From the NCBI GenBank assembly GCA_043745805.1, contig JAYTSD010000031.1, positions 1-64,000 of the forward strand: DNA of 64,000 nt, in the 5' to 3' direction. Positions 48,830-56,764 of this stretch are shown here, piece after piece. Source of the DNA: Fibrobacteria bacterium (GTDB lineage: Bacteria; Fibrobacterota; Fibrobacteria; UBA11236). The notes under the pieces were generated by a model. The model searched no databases and was not told where the DNA came from. It was given only the letters and a program-made list of their open reading frames with translations. The position numbers and the translations under genes are program-made. Numbering within the stretch: the first letter of the stretch is position 1; each line of letters starts with the position of its first letter.

Positions 48830-49948
48830 TCACTCAAAACGTTGTAAATCTTTGGTTAAGCTTTCGGGAAGCCAAGGCTTTATAGCTTGATTTTGCGGAG
48901 TCGACCAAATGTGCAAATAATTTTGTTTTGCAGCATTATCGTGCAAGACCTCATTGATACGGATAAGATTACCAACTGCACATAAATACCCAAGTGGAAG
49001 ATAATGTTCAGAAACCTTTTCCAAATTTAATTGCGCATATTTTTCGCGTGAGTTTTCATAACTTGCACGAGCATTTATAAAATCGCCTTTGCGATAAAAA
49101 AAGTCACCCTGAATTTGTTTATACATTCGGTTTTCGGGATAGCGTAATAAAAATCCTTGAATAAGAGACAATCCCTTATCATAGGTTTTGGCATCATAAT
49201 ACAACCAAATCAAGGAGGTTTGCAATATTGTGGAGAGATATCGCGATTTGATGGCCGTATTTTCCAATAATTTTTTGGGTTTTTCGGTATCGCTATGCGT
49301 GAAGGGCAACCAATCCAACTTTTTCATTAAAACCGCAAAATAATAATCGTAAAGTGCTAAGGCTGATTGCGCTTCCACATAATTACTTAAAGGTCTTAAC
49401 TGAGTAGCCGCCTTTCTTCCTAAGAAAGCGGCAGCCACGGTACGATGTTGTACTTGTGCCACATAGCTTAATTGTAAGGAGGCCAATCCTCGATAAAGAG
49501 TGATAAGTTCTTCGTTTCCGGTTTGAGCCAGCACCCATTCCCATTCCTTTTGGCTTTCTTTTAGGGCTATGGAATCTCCCCAATCATTAAAGCGAGTAAA
49601 CAAAACAATGCCACGAAAATAATGGCGAGAAGGTTTGTTTGGGCTTATGGTTTTAAGTAGGGAATCGGCTTTTACATAGGCTCCGCGGCCTATGCAGTCC
49701 ATGACATGAAACAATAAACTATCGTCTTGTTCTTCCTTTAAGGTTTTAAATTCAATAATGTCGGTGATATCGGGTCGATTGGACGTAGCGGAAATTAAGT
49801 TTGGGAAACCTAGAACTGCGAGGAGGAATAGAAATTTTCCCAAGTGTTTATAGGAATTTTGGGAGAATAGTGAAGTTAAAAAGGGGAGGCGGCTTACTTT
49901 TATTAATTTAACATGCATTGTGGCTGAAAATACAAAAAACATTGTCAT
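48830..49948 (-). CDS. Exported helical/TPR-like protein (true start likely downstream, e.g. TTG at 49843)
   Basis: Signal-like segment LGKFLFLLAVLG; TPR-like G.FY..KG.F..A...Y. Confidence 0.6.
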   Translation of the reverse strand: MTMFFVFSATMHVKLIKVSRLPFLTSLFSQNSYKHLGKFLFLLAVLGFPNLISATSNRPDITDIIEFKTLKEEQDDSLLFHVMDCIGRGAYVKADSLLKTISPNKPSRHYFRGIVLFTRFNDWGDSIALKESQKEWEWVLAQTGNEELITLYRGLASLQLSYVAQVQHRTVAAAFLGRKAATQLRPLSNYVEAQSALALYDYYFAVLMKKLDWLPFTHSDTEKPKKLLENTAIKSRYLSTILQTSLIWLYYDAKTYDKGLSLIQGFLLRYPENRMYKQIQGDFFYRKGDFINARASYENSREKYAQLNLEKVSEHYLPLGYLCAVGNLIRINEVLHDNAAKQNYLHIWSTPQNQAIKPWLPESLTKDLQRFE

Positions 49949-50756
49949 TCCTAAAATTATCGGAATAATTCATAGCAAAAATTGGGAAACCAATTTTTGG
50001 GATACTGAGGCATGCAATGATTTGGCGCATTGCCAAATGTTGGAGTTTCGCGCGGATGGATTTGATCCCGCAACGGTGGTCGATCATTATTTGCAAATCC
50101 GACATGCCTTTGAAAAAAAAATGTTGAAGTCTATTGCGTGGATTTTCACCATTCGTTTAGAGCGCGATGGTGGTTTATGGAAAGATGCGGAAGCGAATGC
50201 TAGGTTATTTGTTTGGGAGGCATTAATTCGCAAACAAGCTGTGGAGTGGTTAGATATTGAAGTGGAAGAAGTGCAAAAAAATAGTGCACTTATAGATTCT
50301 CTGCGACAAATTGGAGCTATCAAATTTTTGATTTCACAACATTGCTTCGATCGGGGTTTTTCGCCAGCCGAATATCAGCAAGTTTTGCAGGCTATGTTAC
50401 AAACAAAGCCCGAAGGGATTAAGTTCGCTGTGCATTGTCAAAATGAAGCGCAGCGAATACAGCTTTATCATTTTGCGCAAACTTTTTTAAAAGGCTATCC
50501 AAAAATATTAAGCGAAAACTCTTCGATTTTTTCAATGGGAGCTTTAGGACAGGCTTCACGTTTTTTGATGCCACTTATGGGCATTGCTTTAACATATGGA
50601 TTCTTTGGTAACCGGCAAGTTGCTCCCGGTCAATTATCGGTGAGAAATTTGCATAAGCTATTGCTATTCACTCCAACAAATATCGACTATAGTTTATCCA
50701 TTACACAATGGGAAATTGAAGCTCAAAAAATTTGGAAAGGTTCTCTTGAAAGCTAA
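49920..50756 (+). CDS. aroD: Type I 3-dehydroquinate dehydratase
   Basis: EFRAD, FTIR...GG, DIE, S.H, K.A, SMG..G..SR, APGQ. Confidence 0.85.
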   Translation: MAENTKNIVIPKIIGIIHSKNWETNFWDTEACNDLAHCQMLEFRADGFDPATVVDHYLQIRHAFEKKMLKSIAWIFTIRLERDGGLWKDAEANARLFVWEALIRKQAVEWLDIEVEEVQKNSALIDSLRQIGAIKFLISQHCFDRGFSPAEYQQVLQAMLQTKPEGIKFAVHCQNEAQRIQLYHFAQTFLKGYPKILSENSSIFSMGALGQASRFLMPLMGIALTYGFFGNRQVAPGQLSVRNLHKLLLFTPTNIDYSLSITQWEIEAQKIWKGSLES

Positions 50757-53700
50757 ACAGATTTTTTATTTGGTGCTTTTTTTATGTGGAAATTATTCTT
50801 CGCTTTGGGCCTTTGGACAAAACAAAGTACAATACCACCAATTTTTATGGTCATTTTATCGCACCGAACATTTTGATATTTATTTTCCGCAAGGTGCAGA
50901 TAGGCTCGCCACTTTTGCCGGCAAAAATGTGGAAGATATGTATCGCAGCGTGTCTAAAACGGTGGGACATCAATTAGCGACGCGCGTTCCCATTATCCTG
51001 CATAATTCCCACGCGGAATTTGAACAAACTAATGTGATTCGTTTACCCTTGCATGAAGGCATTGGTGGTTTCACTGAGATTTTCAAAAATCGCATTGTGT
51101 TACCCTTTGAAGGCAGCTATACCGAATTTCATCATGTGCTGCAACATGAAATGACGCATGCTGTGGTCTTTGATATGCTTTTTGGTGAAGCGGCTGGAGC
51201 GAGCGTAGGCCGTCAAGTGGCGTACCAATTTCCTTTATGGGTGAGTGAAGGCTTGGCCGAATATGCTTCTTTAGGTTGGGACTTGTCGTCCGAGTTTTTT
51301 ATGCTCGATGCTACAACCTTTGGATATGTGGCTCCACCTACGGTTGACTTTGGAGGCTTTTTGGCTTACAAGGGCGGACAATTATTTTTTCATTTCGTGG
51401 AAAGTACTTATGGTAAAGGGACCGTAACCAAGCTGATACAAGCTTTACGTGAAATGCGTGATTTGCCTGATGCCTTTAAAAAGGTTACCAATACGTCTTT
51501 AGAAGAAGCGGGTGAATTATGGCTTCGGGAATTGCGTTATATTTATTGGCCTGAATTAGGTCAACGTAAATACGGAAAAAGTGTAGCGCGTCAACTTACC
51601 GATCATGGTCGCGATTTGTCCTTCTTTAATTTGCAACCTTCGATTTCACCCAATGGAAAAGAGATTGCTTTTTTTAGTGATCGTGAAAGTTGGGAAGGCA
51701 TTTTCATTTTAAATATTAAAACGGAAAAGATAACCCGTTCGGTTATTCAAGGCGGAAAAGGAGGGAAACATGAAAGTTTCCATGCTTTTAAATCGGGAAT
51801 AGCTTGGAGTCCTGATAGCAAGCGCTTAGCCATTGTAAGTAAAAGTGGTGGCTTAGATGTGATACATTTAATTGATGTGAAAACGGGAAAGGTGCGCAAA
51901 GAGATTCGCCCTAATGTGCAAGCTATTCTTTCGCCTTCTTGGTCACGTGATGGAGGTTACATAGCTTTCAGTGGGATGAATGAAAATTTAACGGATATTT
52001 ATGTTTGGGATATAGCACATGAAAATTTAAAAAGATTGACTCATGATTTGGCGCATGATGATAAACCCGTATTTTCCCCTTCTGGCAATTGGATAGCTTT
52101 TGAAACCGATAGACCAGATGCTTTAATGAAAAGCTATACCGCTGATCCGCTGGATGATTATTCACATCTATTACCCGCTTCAGATATTTATAAAATCAAT
52201 ATTGCAGGGGATACTTTAATTAAAGTGAGTGGTGGAACCTATGACGAAAAAATGCCTTCTTATGGAGCAAATGATTCTTCTTTAGTTTTTATTTCTAATC
52301 GTTCGGGTATTGATAATATTTATTTACATCGTGATAGCGCTTCTATTGGCATAGATAAACCGATTTCCAATTTACTTTCAGGTTGCTTTACTCCTTCTTG
52401 GTCTTGGGATGGAAAGCTTTTGGCCTTCTCTTTATTTGAGCAAGGCGGTTGGGATATTTTCTTAATGAAAAATCCTTTAGAAAAAGTATTGCCGCAGGAG
52501 TTACCTAAAACACTTTTTATTAAAACCCAAGAGGACAGTACTTTACGTTTTTTTCGTTTGGTAAACTGGGCTAATTTATCAAGTATGAATGTGGATAGTT
52601 TAAAAGCTGATTCTTTGTATCAAGATTCTATGAAAGTAGTGGATGCAAAAATTAAAGCCGATAGTTTAACACGAAGTAAAATTGCATCCAAAGATTCTTT
52701 GGCAAAAGTAACTAAGGACTCGGCGAATATTAATACGGACTCTTCCTCGAAAGCCGCAAACCACGAAAAAGAAAAAATGGCAAGCAAAGAAAATAAAACT
52801 GAGAACGCGAAAAAAAAATCGGTTTTTGCATTGGATAGTAATGAATATATCGCAGCAGATGGGCGTTTCATAAAACGAAAATACTCCCCTTCTTTTAGTT
52901 TAGATATGGTCAATGCTGGAGTAGCCTATGATAATATTTATGGAGCCGGTGGCTTAGGGTATATCACTTTGAGCGATTTAATGGGGGATCAAGAATTAGC
53001 CTTTGCTTTAAACTTGAATGGGAGCTTTGACAATATGTCCCTGGCTATGGCTTATAATTATTTAGCCTTGAAGCCCGATTTTTCCATTTCCGGAACTTAT
53101 GAGGCTTATTTAAGCAATAATAGTATTCTCTATCCCGCGGATAGTATTTTTATAGATAGACAATTTCGCATTGCCGGCGGTATGAGTTACCCTTGGTCGG
53201 TTTTTGATCGCTGGGAATTGAATGTGCATTCCTTTTTTAATACCCGTACTTTAAGTGAAACGGTAGATTCGGGATCGGTTGATAATTATCAACCTCTAGA
53301 AGTAAATGGTGTGATGCCGGAACTAGATATTGTGCATGACAATACCTTATGGGGCATTGTAGGGCCGGTAAATGGGGAGCGTGTGCAAGCTGGTATAATC
53401 ATGTTACCTCCGTTGACTCAGAATAAGTACTCCTATATCGAAGCTACGGTGGATGGCCGTAAGTATTGGGAATTTGGCAAAAAATACACACTTGCTGCTA
53501 AGGTAACCGCGGGGTTATCCGAGCCTTTAGGCGACTATGAAAACCCACATTTCTTTCCGGTGGGAGGCGATGAATTTAATCTTTTTAATCCACGACCTAA
53601 TGTGCAAGTTTTGGATATTCCTCATCAACAATTTTATTATGCCGATTATCCTATTGCTTTGCGCGGTTTTGAATATTATGATTTTATTGGAACGCGCATG

Positions 53701-53991
53701 TTTGCTTCGAGCTTGGAATTTCGTTTTCCTTTTATTCAGGAGTTTACTGTGGTATGGCCTATACCTTTTAGTTTGCGCTATATCACAGGATCTGTTTTCA
53801 CGGATTATGGTGGCGCATGGTCACAAGGAAATGCTTTTAGCCAAACTGGGCTGTCCATGGGTTATGGGATGCGTATGAATTTAGGTATATTTGTTTTACG
53901 CTATACTACGGCGAAAGCAATACTTATCAATGGATTTGCGGAAAATAATAGACCTTGGCGAGAATATTGGTCTTTAGGGGCTGAGTTTTAA
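50716..53991 (+). CDS. Omp85-family outer-membrane protein with N-terminal zinc peptidase-like and PD40/TolB beta-propeller domains (TTG start at 50746 likely)
   Basis: Signal peptide, FGQNKVQY, HEMTH...EGLAEY, repeated P..SPDG/SRDG blades, LRGF motif, C-terminal Phe. Confidence 0.82.
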   Translation: MKLKKFGKVLLKAKQIFYLVLFLCGNYSSLWAFGQNKVQYHQFLWSFYRTEHFDIYFPQGADRLATFAGKNVEDMYRSVSKTVGHQLATRVPIILHNSHAEFEQTNVIRLPLHEGIGGFTEIFKNRIVLPFEGSYTEFHHVLQHEMTHAVVFDMLFGEAAGASVGRQVAYQFPLWVSEGLAEYASLGWDLSSEFFMLDATTFGYVAPPTVDFGGFLAYKGGQLFFHFVESTYGKGTVTKLIQALREMRDLPDAFKKVTNTSLEEAGELWLRELRYIYWPELGQRKYGKSVARQLTDHGRDLSFFNLQPSISPNGKEIAFFSDRESWEGIFILNIKTEKITRSVIQGGKGGKHESFHAFKSGIAWSPDSKRLAIVSKSGGLDVIHLIDVKTGKVRKEIRPNVQAILSPSWSRDGGYIAFSGMNENLTDIYVWDIAHENLKRLTHDLAHDDKPVFSPSGNWIAFETDRPDALMKSYTADPLDDYSHLLPASDIYKINIAGDTLIKVSGGTYDEKMPSYGANDSSLVFISNRSGIDNIYLHRDSASIGIDKPISNLLSGCFTPSWSWDGKLLAFSLFEQGGWDIFLMKNPLEKVLPQELPKTLFIKTQEDSTLRFFRLVNWANLSSMNVDSLKADSLYQDSMKVVDAKIKADSLTRSKIASKDSLAKVTKDSANINTDSSSKAANHEKEKMASKENKTENAKKKSVFALDSNEYIAADGRFIKRKYSPSFSLDMVNAGVAYDNIYGAGGLGYITLSDLMGDQELAFALNLNGSFDNMSLAMAYNYLALKPDFSISGTYEAYLSNNSILYPADSIFIDRQFRIAGGMSYPWSVFDRWELNVHSFFNTRTLSETVDSGSVDNYQPLEVNGVMPELDIVHDNTLWGIVGPVNGERVQAGIIMLPPLTQNKYSYIEATVDGRKYWEFGKKYTLAAKVTAGLSEPLGDYENPHFFPVGGDEFNLFNPRPNVQVLDIPHQQFYYADYPIALRGFEYYDFIGTRMFASSLEFRFPFIQEFTVVWPIPFSLRYITGSVFTDYGGAWSQGNAFSQTGLSMGYGMRMNLGIFVLRYTTAKAILINGFAENNRPWREYWSLGAEF

Positions 53992-54063
53992 AATCTTCTC
54001 GTGAATTGGTTTTAGTTTTATAAATTATGGGTCGATGAAAAGTCAAACCGGGATTGTGACACG

Positions 54064-54528
54064 ATGAGATTATCTGAACGCTTTACGGAAAAATGCATTA
54101 TCATTGATTCGCAAAAGCAAAACAAAACCGAAGTGATTGAAGAAATGGTTTATTTATTATGCGATGCCTTCGCAATTGAAAATCGCGAAGGTGTGCTGCA
54201 AGCCGTTTTGGGACGCGAACAGAAAATGTCAACCGGCATTGGCTGTGGTTTAGCAGTGCCGCACGGCAAAGTGGATTTTGTCGATCAAATGTGCGTAGTT
54301 GCTTGCTCGGTAAAAAAAGGCATTAACTTTGAAGCCTTAGATAAAGAATCCGTATTTTTATTGTTCTTAATTGTATCGCCTGCAAACACCACAGGGCCAC
54401 ATATTCGAGCGCTGTCTGCGATTTCACGAATTATGTCGGATGCCGATATTCGCAAAAGTTTAATTCAATCGAATTCACAAGCCGAGTTCTATGCGAATTT
54501 GAAAATTGGCGAAGAGAAATACAGTTAA
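54064..54528 (+). CDS. PTS EIIA component (Fru/Ntr type), stand-alone
   Basis: RE...STGIG.GLAVPH phospho-His motif; H..ALS.ISR. Confidence 0.92.
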   Translation: MRLSERFTEKCIIIDSQKQNKTEVIEEMVYLLCDAFAIENREGVLQAVLGREQKMSTGIGCGLAVPHGKVDFVDQMCVVACSVKKGINFEALDKESVFLLFLIVSPANTTGPHIRALSAISRIMSDADIRKSLIQSNSQAEFYANLKIGEEKYS

Positions 54529-54554
54529 TTAAAAAAAAATTCATGGGGATGAAA

Positions 54555-55703
54555 TTAAGTCCCCAAACTTGCATCCAATAAAATTTTTAATTCCGCCAAA
54601 CTTTTTTCCCAAGAAAAGTTGTCTCGAATCCATTGTGGACCTTGTTCTGCAAAGCTTTGCAAAACTTCGGGATGACGATATAAATTTTCCAGTTTGGCTT
54701 GTAAATCATTTGCATCACCCGCTTTAAATAATTGACCTGTAACCCCTTCATGGAGTGCTTCGGGAATCCCTCCGGTACGCGCAGCAAGCACCGGTGTTCC
54801 TAAAGATTGCGCTTCGAGTAAGCTCAAACCTAAGCCTTCAATATGATTGTTGTTTTGGGGAGGTAAACTGGGCAAAATCAATAAGTCACTTTTTAATAAC
54901 CATGCGATTTTTTCATTTTCTGAAACCTCATTTATAAAGTGGATTTTGGAAATCAAATCCGCTTCTTGCACTTGGCGCCGTAAATTTTCTTTTTCGGGAC
55001 CCGAACCAATAATATGTAATTCCCAATTCAGATTTTTCATTTTGGCCAAGGCATTAATCAATAATTCCGTTCCTTTGCGAAATACTAAACGATGCATACA
55101 AAGGAGCTGTAAACGATTGGTTAAAGTGTTTTGTGAGGGTAGCTTACGCATTACAGTGGGTGGGGAAAGTGGACTGCCATAAAGTAAAAACAAAGCCTGT
55201 TTTGGTGATATTTTTAAATCCTGATAAAGCTTTTGTGTGAAGCGCGATCCAGCAATGACATGATCGGCATTTTGGAATAAGTATTTTTGTAAAACTCGGA
55301 TAAAAGGAGAGTGGGAAATTAATTCTTGCCCATGAATTAAAATTAAATAGCGCGAAGGCCAGCCTAAAAGCTTTAAGACTAAAGATGGAATGGCGGTAGA
55401 CCATTGCATATGTAATTGCACTCGTAATCGATATTTCCCCTTTAAGTGTAGAACATTCCAAAATCCTTTTAGCATAAAGCTTATTTTTGAACCACTATAA
55501 ATAATGGTGGAATTGGGCCCAAGGTTTTTCTCCTCAACCATTTGAGTATTTTTATGCCGCCTAATTATTAAAATATGCGCAATTAATTGGTCACCTAAAA
55601 CCTCTAATATTCTCTGGGAGTAGGTTTGCAAGCCGCCTATTTCAGGAGGATAATCGGTAGTAATAAATAAAATGGATTTAGGTGTTTTAATTTTTAGACT
55701 CAT
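54555..55703 (-). CDS. Glycosyltransferase family 4
   Basis: DYPPEIGG, RL..RKG, EGLGLSLLEA, GGIPE. Confidence 0.92.
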   Translation of the reverse strand: MSLKIKTPKSILFITTDYPPEIGGLQTYSQRILEVLGDQLIAHILIIRRHKNTQMVEEKNLGPNSTIIYSGSKISFMLKGFWNVLHLKGKYRLRVQLHMQWSTAIPSLVLKLLGWPSRYLILIHGQELISHSPFIRVLQKYLFQNADHVIAGSRFTQKLYQDLKISPKQALFLLYGSPLSPPTVMRKLPSQNTLTNRLQLLCMHRLVFRKGTELLINALAKMKNLNWELHIIGSGPEKENLRRQVQEADLISKIHFINEVSENEKIAWLLKSDLLILPSLPPQNNNHIEGLGLSLLEAQSLGTPVLAARTGGIPEALHEGVTGQLFKAGDANDLQAKLENLYRHPEVLQSFAEQGPQWIRDNFSWEKSLAELKILLDASLGT

Positions 55704-55857
55704 TTCCTATACAATTTGTTTAAATCCTTTTAAATGTAAACCTCGGATAGATACCGATTATTTATATTAATAAGAGTTTAACTGAAGTGATTCCGTTCCT
55801 TTCGGTTTTGTTCAGTTTCATTGGATTAGAAAACCTTGTATCGAATATTACCATACT

Positions 55858-56616
55858 ATGGACGAAAATTCTAAAAATCTCACTACGTTAATTTATTGTT
55901 CTACATGGCAGGATGAGAGCTCGGGTCCATCTTTGGAGCAACAAAGTTTGGAATTGCAAACCTATTGTGCTTTGCATGGGTTAAATGCCGGTGAGTTGAT
56001 TATTGACACAGGTCCCTATGAAGCGGGAAAAATTCGGCCCGGACTAATCAGACTTTTAGAGCGCGTGGTAGAAAACGATATTTCCCACATAGCGATTTAT
56101 GATGTGTCCCGTATTTGTAAAGAAATGCAAGTGGCTTATTCCTTTTTAAAAGAGGCCTTTGATCCGAAAGTTACCGAAATTCATATAGTGTCTTGGAATA
56201 TGAGTACCTTAGCGGAAAATTGCCAAAAAATGTTGATCATGTTTAATGATATGCTGCGAATAAATAAACCCACAGTGAGTACTCAAGATTTATCATCCAA
56301 GCCTTTACGCGAAAAGCCTTTGTGGACGCGTTTATTTAATCTTTTACAAGATGAAAAATTTACTGAGCTACTTATTAAGGCATTATTTGAATTGAAGACG
56401 GTGGTACAGCTTAGTGATGCAGAGTATGCAGCAGTTCATGGCGGATATGATCATCTTAATTTATTCCATGCTTTGGGGTATAAAATCAAAGGTGAAAATA
56501 CCGACAATACCAAATTAGTGACGGATGTATTAACGCGTTATTGGGATAGTTTGAAGCCCAATTTAAATAGCGATCTTTCGCGTATTATTGAAGGCACGGA
56601 AGCGGCGATGTTCTAA
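55858..56616 (+). CDS. Protein with a degenerate serine recombinase (resolvase) N-terminal domain and an unknown C-terminal domain
   Basis: IY...SLEQQ...L..YC...G....I.D.G....RPGL.RLL......I.IYDVSRI; the catalytic RVS and DRxxR motifs are altered. Confidence 0.7.
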   Translation: MDENSKNLTTLIYCSTWQDESSGPSLEQQSLELQTYCALHGLNAGELIIDTGPYEAGKIRPGLIRLLERVVENDISHIAIYDVSRICKEMQVAYSFLKEAFDPKVTEIHIVSWNMSTLAENCQKMLIMFNDMLRINKPTVSTQDLSSKPLREKPLWTRLFNLLQDEKFTELLIKALFELKTVVQLSDAEYAAVHGGYDHLNLFHALGYKIKGENTDNTKLVTDVLTRYWDSLKPNLNSDLSRIIEGTEAAMF

Positions 56617-56665
56617 ATAAGTAAATAAGCCTTTAAATCCAGAACTCGACTTTGTCTTTGACGCA

Positions 56666-56694
56666 TTGACTGTCTGCTCACCTTATTATATCCT
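56666..56694 (+). promoter_or_regulatory. Putative sigma70 promoter of topB
   Basis: TTGACT (56666-56671), 17 nt, TATCCT (56689-56694). Confidence 0.5.
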
Positions 56695-56764
56695 TTCTCC
56701 AAATTAAGCTGGGTTCAAGTTTTACTTTATTTAACCATAGAACCCATTCGGGATAGGATTCATT

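Noticed and set aside
56710-56746. TGGGTTC...GAACCCA inverted repeat in the topB leader
   Set aside because: A 7-bp stem with a long unstructured loop and no recognisable RNA family
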